Below, in pieces: positions 50,461-62,029 of a stretch of DNA of 64,000 bases. Within the stretch, counting starts at the first letter, position 1; each line of letters starts with the position of its first letter. The position numbers and the translations under genes were made by a program. The notes beneath the pieces were generated by a model, which was not told the origin of the DNA, did not search any database, and saw nothing but the letters and a program-made list of their open reading frames with translations. Source of the stretch: Anthoceros angustus (Eukaryota; Plantae; Anthocerotophyta); the NCBI GenBank assembly GCA_010909165.1, contig MU008173.1:186001-250000 (forward strand), written 5' to 3'.

Positions 50461-52273
50461 CCCAACCCGGAGGTTCGTGTTGACCGAGGTTCCGATTTTG
50501 ACGATGTCCGGCCTATAACAAAGGCAGCAGATATCGATAATGGTGCGGTGAAACAATTGAACAATCTATCGTTTCAACATCGGTTCAAAATCACAACTTT
50601 GTTCATTTTGTAGGTTCGCCCCGATCGTGGCAAGAAATGACTAGTCCTCTAAGGCCGTGCTGATGCTAAACTGCTTGAAGAAGTGAGTCCTGCTGGCCGA
50701 GAAAGTCATTCAACGTTGGGCGCCTACACGCCACCGGACAAGTCCTTCTGCGGATGCGCCGGCATGCCGCCCGCGCGTTCTTCCGCTCGCCGCCCTTTTA
50801 ACCCTATCGTTGTTCAAAACCTCGTCCACCATGTGCATATATGGGTGTATAGCAAGAGAGTATACATATGTGTACGCATTCCCTCCAAAGGGGCCCTGTG
50901 GTCGCGTTCGGTCATTAACGGATCCTAATCGTATCGCATGGTCTAAGGACATGGGCATCGCTTCTAGCAAAACAATGTCAGGCGATTAGATTTGACCCTT
51001 CTGCATGTATGTGTGCATTATAGCATGCATGTGGCGTGTCACACACTTATTCTGCCATCTTCTCGTAGTATGCTCAAATATGGCCTCGATACCCATCGAA
51101 AACCCCGCTTGTCAGATATTCAACTAAAAGCCGCTTCATGTATATTCAGCCGCCTAAACATTATGGTGTTCTTGACCGATTCCTCAGGCGTTTGCATCAA
51201 AGCTATTATACGGTTTGGCTAATAGTTTGTGCACCAAGCTTTCTTGGCCTTTGATTTGCCGCAACGCAACTCCGGGTGGCGATAATGCCGGTCAACACTC
51301 TCTGGTTTGTATTCCAAATGAGGTTGTACGAAAGAACGAAGCGCCAAGCTATGGCTTTCAACACTGGACATGGTATCTCGATTTTCGAGGGCGATTGGAA
51401 AAAGAGCATCAATCAGCGATGCGCCCGACTTTCTCACAAGTACTTGTGGCGTCGACGTGCTGGTGTATAAGCACCTTGACAAGCTAGAGCGATGCATAAG
51501 GAGGTGCAGAGGTTTGCCAAGATGACATGTTAGGAAGGAGGCCGGTGGATGGACTGGAGGATTTCCCAGTTACCACCTTCTTGTGGCGGTGGAGAAGGTG
51601 GGCATTGAGGAGAATGAATTGAGTGTAATTGGAGAGGTGAGGCGGCGCGTCGCAAACTGGGATCTCACGCATCCGCATCCAGAGAATGGGTGGGATTAAA
51701 AGAACCATGTAATGCCCGTGGTTATGGGCACTAGAGAAATGGTTTTTGATGACCAATGCAAACGAGGAGCAGTGTAATGTCTCTAATAAAGTCATCATCT
51801 CTCATTCCAATAAATCGTGCCAATACCCTTGACCCTCGTTGTAAACCATCTTGTCCTCCTAGTAATGCTATTGTTGTTGTAAGGTTTGTATGCCCGTGTT
51901 GTAAACGCCCATTGTAAAACCTAACGTCCGTTGTAAACCACGCACCTGTTGTAACAGACTATGATCCGCTAAACCCTAATCAATTGTAAACCACACTTGA
52001 AGGTTTTACAATGAGTAATGAATCAATTTTGAAGTCCTAGCTAAAATCGGTTTGTGTTGTAACCCAAGAGCCCTCGTTGTAAAATCGCTGCTATGCCACG
52101 TCATATGAAAACCAAATCCCCATAGTAAATCACCGTAACCTACGTAGTAGCGAATGGCTATACGTGAAAATAATACTTGAACCATGAACACTCGTTGTAA
52201 AATGAAACTTGCCTGAAATCTCTCCTCGCTCTAAAAAATAGCCACTGGTAAAAGACCCGTTTTCCTAGTAGTG

Positions 52274-52753
52274 CAAGGTCTTTGTACTTCACCACGTTAG
52301 TGGCGGTGAAGTTCGAGCCTCGATGTACCGGTCGACGCTGAACAGATGGACTGCAGGATGCGACTGCAACTTGTCGCATGTGGACTTTGAGCTTACGGCA
52401 GCCGGCAGGAGCCACTAGACCAAATCCTATGCATTGACAACACCATTTACAAGGTGGATTGTTGTGGAAGGCTTTCAGCTTATTACCTGGATGTCGCGAC
52501 TGAAGGCGCGTAGGTCGTCCATGCGAATGTGCTCATCAATGATGATACTTGAGGGAGTCCGGTGTCCTTCAAGTGGTCTAATAGTCGCTCGCATAAGGAC
52601 CGTGCATGGTTGTGTGAGCATCGTGGAACTCCCGACTTCGTTCACACCATTAACGGGGGCTTGAAGATCTGGAAGCGGGACATGAGCTCTAGATCAGTCT
52701 GGACATTTGTGTCTCGAAGGCCGAGCGATATCATCCAGTGGTCAAACCGTTGA
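52274..52753 (+). pseudogene. F-box-associated/Kelch-like gene remnant, 3' part
   Basis: KVFVL...MYRSTLNRW...ILCIDNTIYKVDC...WLCEHRG...LKIWKRD....WTFVSRRP, resembling plant F-box C-terminal propeller motifs. Confidence 0.55.
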
Positions 52754-53809
52754 GTGGGTGAAAGTTATTTGTTCATAAAACTACATTTTGTTAAATATAT
52801 AATGACGTGGCATGTTGTTTGTAAAGGATGTTATAAACGGTATTTGTTAAAGACGTTGTAAACCATGTTTGTGATAGATGTGGTTTTAAATTGTGCAAGA
52901 CTTGATTTTTTGGAATAATACCATTTATGAAAATATCTATGAATAGATTTATTATTTGCTGATGTGCCAAGTTCGTTGCAAATGATGTTGTAAATATGTT
53001 TATTTGGATCTATGTTAGTCATGGGATTATCTATTTTGTTTGCGATGCTTCGAGCACTAGCCATCGCCATGGAGGCCTCACCATGCCTGACCTTCCTCGG
53101 AGTTGGGCCCTCAATTTTGGCCTCTCGATTCTTAATGCACGGGACTCCCCTTGGAAGCCTTCGTCTCGAGTGTTGAGGAGGGGCCTTCCCCTTGCGGGTC
53201 TCTCTCGGCGGGCTAGGATTCTTTCCTCGAGGCTAGGAAGCCATGCCCTTTTTCCTCTTTCTCTAAGGAAGTTGCGTGGCCTTCAAGCCTCTCTCTAGGA
53301 GAAGCAATTTACAAGCGCAAAGGCCTCCTTGGACTCCTCCATTCCGGTCTTGGCCGCTGCGTTCCTCGTAAGGGGGCAGCTCTTAGCCCTGCCTTGCATC
53401 TCAGCGTTCGAATCGCACCGCATCCTTTTCGACCGCTGGCGAGGGTCGCACCTGTTTGGCTCATCCTCCCGGCCTCTTCTCTTTCTCGTGCGGTGGAGCC
53501 GCCATTCGGATCCCATTTGGCCCGTTGTCCCGTGCGGGGCAACATGTTACTCGCATGGCGCCGTTCGCGGCGTTATACACTAGTTGATAAGCATGCTTCA
53601 GGCGATTAGACCTTTCCTTTAAGGATGTTGTCATAAGCATCAGTATCGCAATGACACTTTATTCTGTGATCTTCGCAGTGGTTTCCATCGATGGTCACGA
53701 TACTGAAAGTTGTATTTGTTCAATAATAGCCGCTCATGCATATTGTGAAATTATTATGTGCTCATGACCCATGTTGTTTATGACAATGAGCATGTTGTTT
53801 GCCATTGAA

Positions 53810-55200
53810 GTTTGTGCGTACCGCTTGGCCTTTGATTTGCCGACCAAACCTCGATGAGTGATAACTATTGTCAACACTTGGTTTTAAAGCCCACCGAGGT
53901 AGTACTTGTAAGAACGGAAGCGCCAAGCTATGCAAGCTTTGACATGGTATTATGAGACGACAGAAGAACTGTCAACTTAATCGATGCTCACCCCTTTCTC
54001 ACAATACTTGTAGCGCCCGGGCCTGTATAAGCACTTTGACAAGCCTGCGGTAATCGATGTCAGGTGAGGTTTGCCTCAGCGATGTATGTCTAAGGGAGCG
54101 GGTGGATGGACTCCGGGAGGATTTCCGCCACACCTTTCTCTAAGGACCTGGGAGTAAGCTAGGAGAAGAATTGACGTAATTGAGAGGTGAAGGCCCTCCA
54201 AACGGGGACCTTCACGCATCCGCATCTCCAGAGTTGGGATTAGCCATGTAATGCCCCTTGGTTCCATAGAGAAATGGTTTTGATGACCAATGCAAACGAG
54301 GAGCGGTGTAATGTCCTCCTTAAAGTCATCACTCATTCCAATAAATCGCAATACCCTTGACCTCGTTGTAAACTACTCACTCCTAGTAACCCATTGTCTG
54401 TAAGGTTTGTATGCCCGTGTTGGACGCCCATTGTAAAACCCGCTCCTGCGTTGCGCAACACTATGTAACCGCATCATGATCCGCTAGCCCTAACGTTGTA
54501 AACATACACTTGTGTTTTACAAATGTGAGTCGTAGTAACCTGCATTAATTGTGTCCTAGCTAAAACGGTTGTGTTGTATACCTGCAAGAGCCTCAACAAA
54601 ATCGTATCATACGGCCATATGAAGACCCGGATCCCCCATAGTAAATCACCGTCAACCTCTTGTGTAAAGCGGCGGAAGGATGGCTACACGTGAAATACAA
54701 GTACTCTCCATGAACACTGTAAAAATGCTTGCCCGAAATCTTCCTCGCTTGGGAACATAGGACGTAAAAGACCCGCTTCTCTAGTAGTGAAGGGTGCAAA
54801 GCCTATCACCACTTAGTGGCGGTGATTCAGCCCTTCGCGTAGTTTCCAAATGGACCTATGTTATGCGACTAATTGCGCCATGTGGACTTAGCTAGTGGTA
54901 GGTAGGCCACTTTCAAATCCACGATCACATTATCATTGGTACAAGGTGGTAGTTCGGGACTAGGACTTTCACCTTTTATTTTGGGTTGTTCCTTCTGGTG
55001 TAGATGGGATTCCCCATCCGCCTAATGCCTACTCTTCTCTTGTGTCCGTGTCACATGCTATAGTGGTTGTAAAACGAATGAAAACTATTTTATAGAAATA
55101 TCTATAAATAAATTTATTATTTGCTGACATGACAAAGTTCATTGCAAATATTGTTGTAAAATGGTTTCTCAAATTTATGTTATGTTATTGGATTATTAAT
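53810..55200 (+). repeat. Diverged duplicate of ~51220-53040, including a second CACTA right end (TAGTAGTG ending 54789) and its flank
   Basis: Shared CTTGGCCTTTGATTTGCCG, AATACCCTTGAC.CTCGTTGTAAAC, AAAGACCCG.TT..CTAGTAGTG, flank TCACCAC.TTAGTGGCGGTGA and ATTTATTATTTGCTGA. Confidence 0.8.
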
Positions 55201-56559
55201 TTTTATTGTATATTTACTGGCTTGGCACATGCATCGTAACTATGGTTGTAAAATATAGAAGCCCGATTTTTTCATGAATTTTGTCATTATGTGCCAAAAT
55301 CCATGAAGAAATATATTATTTGTCGATGTGGCATGTTTGTCGCAAATGCCGTTGTAAAATTGTGGAAGAGACCTTTTCCTTATGCACCAACTTCCCGGCC
55401 CATTTTCCCGCTCCACTGCCTCACCGGCTCCCCAAGTCTCCATGCTACTAATTGGAAGCATGGTTCTCACGCTAGTCATAGTGCTCGTTGGCACTATGAA
55501 GGACGGGCCACAAACAAAGTGTTCATCCGGACACCATCGCTGTCCAGTGTGACAGCATCCAGGTTCTTGTCCAAAAAACCCAAGATCTGCGAGATTGCAA
55601 GTGAGCTTGCATTCTGTATTTGTGCCTAGGCAACGATTATGGTGGCGCCATCTTCAAGATGAGGAGACGGCAGTGGCGGGGCCAGAATTGAAGGCTCCAT
55701 GGCCGTGAGTGGTAGCGGAGCTTCCATGGCTTTCCTCCACAGTGAGAAGAAGAAGAAGATAGGATATGAGATTTGCACAAGGACTAAATAAGCCGAAGGC
55801 CTATAACGACATTTATTATTAACCCTAAAACTATGCTTGGCTTCGATGTGAGTAGATCACGACAAGGCCAAGCTCCCGTCTGTGATTGGTCGTGGCCTGG
55901 CAGTGGCAGGCTATTGAAGACTGGTGGGGCCGGTGGAGGGTTATTGCAGGCCCGATCACCTGACCAGCCTAGGCATTGGAAACCAGATCATCAAAGAGGC
56001 CGACCTGGCATGGCGTAGTGCGGCTGCCAAGTCTTGCGGGAGGACGCGGTCAAGAGGGAGGAGAGGGCCTAGCCCAGTTCTAACCCAGCCCGAGCCATGG
56101 CAGCGTTTATTTCCAAACGTTTCTCCAACCTTTTCTCTTTGATTTTGTGTCCTAGAATGCTCCGTTGTTTTTCTCAATGGCACAGGCAAATGCATTTCGG
56201 AATTCTTTATCGAACTACCCAAAAGAACTGATTTACCGACATCTAAATTGATCGCAATTGACGAGTAAAAGGTCCACAAGGCACAATATGAGTAGCTTAA
56301 ACATTTTGGGGTGAAGGAAAAAGATCAACACATTTAAGTAATAGTCTCACATCAAAGCCATGTACTAGCTCATTACTCTAGACAGACAATCACCCAGGTT
56401 ATCATTCGTCAACTGAGTTGCAACCAAGGGCTCAATGATGCTTCCTAATATGACACCATGGCTGATGATTTCTATAGGACACGCCATCGATATATCCGAC
56501 AAAGAGCAACTTATGTGCGCGGGCATCGAATTTGTCAGTCTTGGGGTCATGGAGCTAAG

Positions 56560-58080
56560 GACGCTTCTCCTTGGGGATCTAGGAGTAGGCATCAGCTCCA
56601 AAGGTCCGAAGGTGAGTGAGGGATGGCCAACTGCCAGTCCAAGACTCGAAGGGAGTCTGGTTCAGGAGCGGAGAGGTGGGCAGCCGGTTCAGGAGGTGTG
56701 TTGCAGTAGAGAGTGCCTCTGTCCAGTAGCCACGTGACAGAGTCGCAGGTGAGAGCATGGCCCTGGCCACCTTCTGTAACGAAAGATTGCAGTTTTCGGC
56801 AACACCGTTTTGAGCGTGGGCATAGGGGACAGTCACTTGTCAAGTGATGCCTCTCTCGGTCAAATAGGAATGAAACTCTCCGAACATAAATTCACCTTCT
56901 CCATCCGAGCATACACATTTAAGTTTGTAGCCAGTCTAAAGTTCAGCCATCACATGAAACTCCCTGAACTTCACGAAAGCTTCACTTTTGAGGCGAAGGA
57001 AATAAGTGTGCATCATTTGGGACTTGTCATCAACGACAGGCATGAAGTAAGAGGCTGCTCCGAACGACTGTGTGGACATGGGCCCGCAAAGGTCGATGTG
57101 CACCAACTGGAGCAACTTAGTAGCACGATGAGTGGAAGCACGTGGATAAGGAGCCTCTTTGCTTTTTCCTAGCAGACAGCTTTCGCAGAAGAGGGAGTCA
57201 CTGAATTCGGGGAGGGGCTCCGCATATAGTTGTCTTGCTTGCATCTCCTTCATACGCTTCAGACTGGGATAGCCTAGGCGTAAGTGCTATCACTTGGTTA
57301 CCTTTGCCTTGGTTGAGGTCTGAGCCAATTGGGTTAAGATCCGAGGGTCACGGTTGCTTCGAGAGTGTACAGCCGGTCTTCCTTTTCTCCGCACCCGATA
57401 ACCGCTTGGGGCTTCTCATATAGGCAAATCTCGCACTTCTGGGCCTTGAAGTGTATCTCATGTTGTCTGTCATTTGTCAGGCTGCTGATTGAAACAAGGT
57501 TCTTGCCTACCTTTGGGACATAGAGCACATCTGTGAGGGTGATGATGCTGTCAGTCTTGCACGCTAGGGTGACAGTACCGGTGCCGAGCACCTCGATAGA
57601 CCTGTTGTGGGCCACATAGATCAGCCCTCTCTCAGGTAGTGGCCTGTAGGCTGAGAAGCAGCGGTGGTCCTTGCAGATACAAGTGTGCGGAGGCACCGCT
57701 GTCCTGGTACCGTGATGAACAGCTGCTGTTGGCCGTAGAAAGTGTTGTAATTAGAATCCTCGGTGCCCTTTGCATGACGTGAACAACACCTTGGGGGCCC
57801 TACCTTCTCGGCTCCCCGGCTTGCTTGCTCCTACACTCTCGTTCACAGTGTCCGGGGCATTGGCTCAAGTGGCAATTTCCTTTTCACCTAGAATTGGAAG
57901 GTGCAGAGGAGGGTGCCCCGTCTCCTGGCTTTCGCATGCCTTGCCAATTCCTGTGTCTTGGATTTCTTGGATTCCTTTGGTCGGGTCTAGAAGTGAACAG
58001 CACCTGCGCTGGTGAGGCATTCTTGGAGGAAAGCCTGGAAGAATCCTCCTCAATGAAAGTGGCGATGACCTCTGTTCCGT
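56560..58080 (-). mobile_element. Ty1/Copia gag-protease-integrase fragment
   Basis: Degenerate zinc knuckle CHLSQCPGHCEREC; LTDVLYVPKVGKNLVSISSL; CESCLLGK; LQLVHIDLCGPM; QNGVAE; YWTEALSTATHLLNRLPT; HLRTFG. Confidence 0.9.
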
Positions 58081-58278
58081 TTGCTGATGTATGCCAGAAC
58101 GATCACGGACAACGTGCACGTTCTAGCCATACACAAAAGATGTTTATTACAAGAAGAAAAACGAGCACATAAGCGCTAGCACAAAAACGGTTATTGTAAC
58201 CACCCATTAACACGTCTAGGGTTTTCACAACCCCCGGTATATTCTAATGTTAAATAACTAAGCACGTGATTTCCAACA
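58077..58278 (-). repeat. Copia 3' LTR (minus strand)
   Basis: Minus strand reads PPT GAGAGGGAG then TGTTGGAAATC starting at 58278; AATAAA inside. Far end approximate. Confidence 0.6.
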
Positions 58279-59612
58279 CTCCCTCTCATTAGATATACGG
58301 CTGAACCATTGAACGGATAAACAACTCCCAAACAATGGATAAGACTAGATATTGTGAACGCCCTTTCGCCACTGTAGCTCCAGTAAACCAACACTGCAAC
58401 CTCGCAAGTGGCTGCAAGGCTTTGTCGTCCTCAGCCATGGCACGCTTAACAAGCCCGCCCAAAAACTTGTCAGCTTCAGAGGACACGGACTACATGAGCG
58501 CTTCAGAGGAGCTTGCTGGTGTGAAAGGACAATCAAGATTCGTGATAGCCCCAGCAATCCTTGCTTAACAACTGCATCTGCAATGACAGCGACCCTCCCC
58601 CATGCCCTTTGCATCCTGAAGCTGTCCCGACTTGGAGAACAGCTGAAAGGAGTGACGCCAAGGCGATGGAGAGGTACTGGCAGAGGTTGCTACACGAGTC
58701 TGAGACAAGGGAGGACAGGCTTGCTCGAGAACTGGACAGCATGAAGCGAGCAATGGCATCTTCGTCTCGCCGCACTGCCTATCCTGACTACACCAACGGG
58801 AGAACTAGGATGGAGAAATTGTCTGAGGGACTTGACAACATTGTCTTACCAGAAAAATTCACTCCAAAGGCCTTCAGGCTCCCTGTAGGGCATATGAGCA
58901 AGGTCAGGAGAGTGATCACAGATGGGAACTATGGTCTAACGACCCACGTAATTTTGAGGTATACATCCGTCGACAACCAAGATTATGTACAAAGTGTAAC
59001 TGGGTATGGCGGAAGTGGACATCGGGCAACTTTATCTCCTTCTATGGTGAGCTCAGCAGCATATCTAAATTCTAGTCCCACTATTGTTGTGGTGTGATCA
59101 ACTGCTTTCTAACGACTCTTCTCAATATACCTAACAGTCTCGAAAGACAAAATGTATGAAGAGGCTGGCATCGACTGGATGGAGGAGGACGAGGAGGCAT
59201 CAAGCGAGGAGCTTATAGAAATACTAAGAGAAAGAAAGGAGAACAAAGCTATGCCCTTGTCTTCTACAAGTTCTGAAAGTGAACAAACATATTAGACAGA
59301 CGCACCTAGAATAGGCCTCTAGTTTAGGTAGATGTAAGGAGTGGTTCTAAGACACCTAGTGCTTCTTTAAACTGATGGTGCTTCAACTTGGGTAAGGCCT
59401 TGGTAAGTAGGTCTGCTACATTCAGCTCAGTAGGAATGTATTCCAGCTTGACCTGTTTAGTCTCTACAGCATGCCTAATGAAGTGATGGTGAACCTCTAT
59501 ATGCTTGGTTCGAGCATGAAAAACTGGATTCTGAGCTAGGGCTAGGGCTGACTGATTGTCGCAAAAGATAACGATTGGTTCCTTCTGTCCTTGACCCATG
59601 TCTGAAAGTAAC
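58279..59612 (-). mobile_element. Ty1/Copia RNase H end plus ~1-kb 3' region
   Basis: IFCDNQSALALAQNPVFHARTKHIEVHHHFIR...ADLLTKAL, stop at 59324; truncated upstream at ~59612. Confidence 0.9.
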
Positions 59613-60759
59613 ACGATAATTTTTGAAGGGGGTGAATAATCTCGAAGGGGGTTTTTTGCAAATAATCTCTGAAGGAGGTTTTTGATGGGCCCTAAAAATG
59701 CTTTTTGAAGGCATTGAAAAAACGGTTCAAAAAAAGGTGTCAATGCTAAAGAAAGTTACTACTTTCCATCCAAAGAATGTTTGGGGGAATGGTGGTCGAA
59801 CTCAACCTAGGGAATAAATGCAAAGTAGGAACGGGTGAGGACGGGCTGCTCGCCGAGAAGGGACGATCAGAACTCAGCTTTTGGGAGAAAAATGTGGTTT
59901 AGGAAGGACACAACAAAAGCCACGGACAACAGATTTCTAACACATTAACATCAAGAACTGACATTAAATTAACTCCTGGGACCCCTGCAAAAATGAGATT
60001 TCATTTTCACTCATCCCCGTAGTTCAATCATCACCGGGTCCAGCCTTTCTCCGAGATTGTCATCACTATCTTCACCGCACTTTGACTCGCAGTTGTATGA
60101 AGCCACGCAACTCGCAGAGCTTATCCCTTTATCGCTTTGTCCACCGTGACATAGATGTTTCCGCAAGGCTCAACACAAACCCATAGTACAGATGACCGTT
60201 TCATCTACAAATACCTCAGATGTTTTTCGTAATGGACCACACGCTTGGGCTGCTGGGGCCAACGTGGTGCGAGGCGCCGGCCGGCCGCCCTCCAGCGCCA
60301 CCCTTTGGCCCATCGAATGGGTGTTGTGCAGGCGGGCGCCGCCGGCCGGGCGCCAAAGCGCACTACCCGAGGGAGGCCCGACGGTGGCGCGGAGGGCGGG
60401 CGCCGCCGGCCGCCGGCCACATGTCGGGCGGGCGCTGGCCCGGCGTCCGCCCGCACCACTGTCGGCAGCTGGCAGGAGGCGCTGGCCGGCCGCTTTTCCT
60501 CCCGCCGCCACCCCTGTGGTGGCGCGGGTCACGGCATGCCCCGGCATCTTGCCGCACACCGACGGGTGCTCGGGGTGAGGGCGTGGCGCTGGCCGCTTGG
60601 TTTCTCTCAGGCGCCTACCCGCTCGGGCCCGGACGGGTGACGACCCGTGGCGCGCCGAGGGAGGGCGCTCACCAAGCACCCTTCTTCCGCGGGCCACCCG
60701 CTTGTGGGCGCCCGAGAATGGTGCCGGGATGACGCCCACGTGTTGCAATACCGCTCCTT

Positions 60760-61950
60760 TCGGTGGAAAAGTATAGATATTCTTCACGACCATCTCGGAT
60801 TGCATGCAAGAATTGAAGGATGTGGAGGTCTGTCGAAACTTCCCGAGGAGTTTTGCCATTTCATATTTGAGATCAATAATTGGAAGGGCTTGGAGAATGA
60901 GCAGCCGGGCTTTAGCATAAGGACTTGGTAAGAGGGACTCCACGTTTTCAACGTTCCATCGACTGAAAAGCAGGTCCAGTACGAGATCGAAGGACGTAAT
61001 GTTCTTGACATGCGTGGTTATCTGCGGGGAAGGAGATACACTTTGCTTGTCATGAACGTCCCCCGTGGCTTTGACATCGGTCCTATGGACAAGCGCATGG
61101 ATTTGGCCATGTTGGGAACAAATTTTCAGAGTTTTGAAGACAAGACCACCAGCAAGGAGTTCAGGCTTATCGTCTTGCATGGAGTTGAAGAAGCCCACAC
61201 AATGTGGAGTCTATGAAATTGTGGGAAGGAGGCATGGTGTCCTTCATCCGGGACAAGACAAACATGAATAACGACAGAGGGATTTGAGACCCGTCGAGTA
61301 CGTGATGTTGGATGGTGTCTAAAAGCAAGTTGTGCGAGAGACGGGTTCCTATGATGCCTAACGCCATGCATGGGACTTTCAACAATGGAAGGATGCTTAT
61401 TGGGCACCCCATCATCGCAAGAAGTCGGGTCCACCCATCGCACGCACAAGTCGGGTGGTATGCCCTTACCAACGCCCGCTAGGCCTTATGACAAAACTTG
61501 TCAAAACATTCTCCGTGGAAGGAGATTGCTGTGGATGCGCAGGAGTGCACGACAACATTGGCAGCACCGCTATGTGGCCGGAATCGCATCATGCGATTAG
61601 CCGATTTGAGGTGCGCTGGGTACATTGAACAACGACACATGGTGTACAAGTCCTACCAGACGCAGAGAGGAAGAGCTAACGTTTGAGCCGCATCGCAGGG
61701 GTCCATCCCAGTTCTGGGCAAAGGAGGTTTGCATAAGTGAGAAGGATTGCCTTACAGCCCAAGTGGTTGCATTGAGTGCCAGAAGGTTGAAGACCATGAC
61801 CGGGCGACCTTTTGGATGAGGGGTCAAGAAACCCTAGATGTTGTAGTAACTACACCGACGGTGGCCCATGAATGATACTATTGAAGACGAGCAAGCAATG
61901 GAGGAGAACGATAACTTTGAGGCGGAAGATATGGACCGCCTCCTAATATG
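60760..61950 (+). pseudogene. Beta-class N4C/N6A DNA methyltransferase, subfamily C
   Basis: DMRGYLRGRRYTLLVMNVPRGF (ORF 61010-61216); DKTNMN; PYQRPLGLMTKLVKTFSVEGD (~61464); CAG, TTTLAAPLCGRN; IEQR..VYK; EEELTFEPH...EVCISEK...AQVVAL, colinear with subfamily B. Confidence 0.82.
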
Positions 61951-62029
61951 GTGGTGGTTCTTGACTGGTTTGCAAGGCATGGATGAGTCCTAGCCGCACT
62001 CTTCAATGAGTATTGTCGGCGCCGATGGC

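Larger units (their letters stand above)
34666..52273. mobile_element. CACTA (En/Spm)-ended composite DNA transposon, 17.6 kb
   Basis: Left end CACTACTAGGAAAACGGGTCT at 34666; right end AGACCCGTTTTCCTAGTAGTG ending 52273, a perfect 21-bp TIR. 3-bp TSD CAA at 34663-34665 and 52274-52276. Dense subterminal GTTGTAAA/TTTACAAC motifs at ~34690-35350 and ~51830-52200. Confidence 0.92.

Noticed and set aside
60170-61198. 342-aa minus-strand ORF, and other long GC-rich ORFs such as 45391-46290 and 62499-63290
   Set aside because: These are shadow ORFs, antisense to the MTase/ParB regions or spanning GC-rich stop-poor sequence, with low-complexity R/P/A/G composition.
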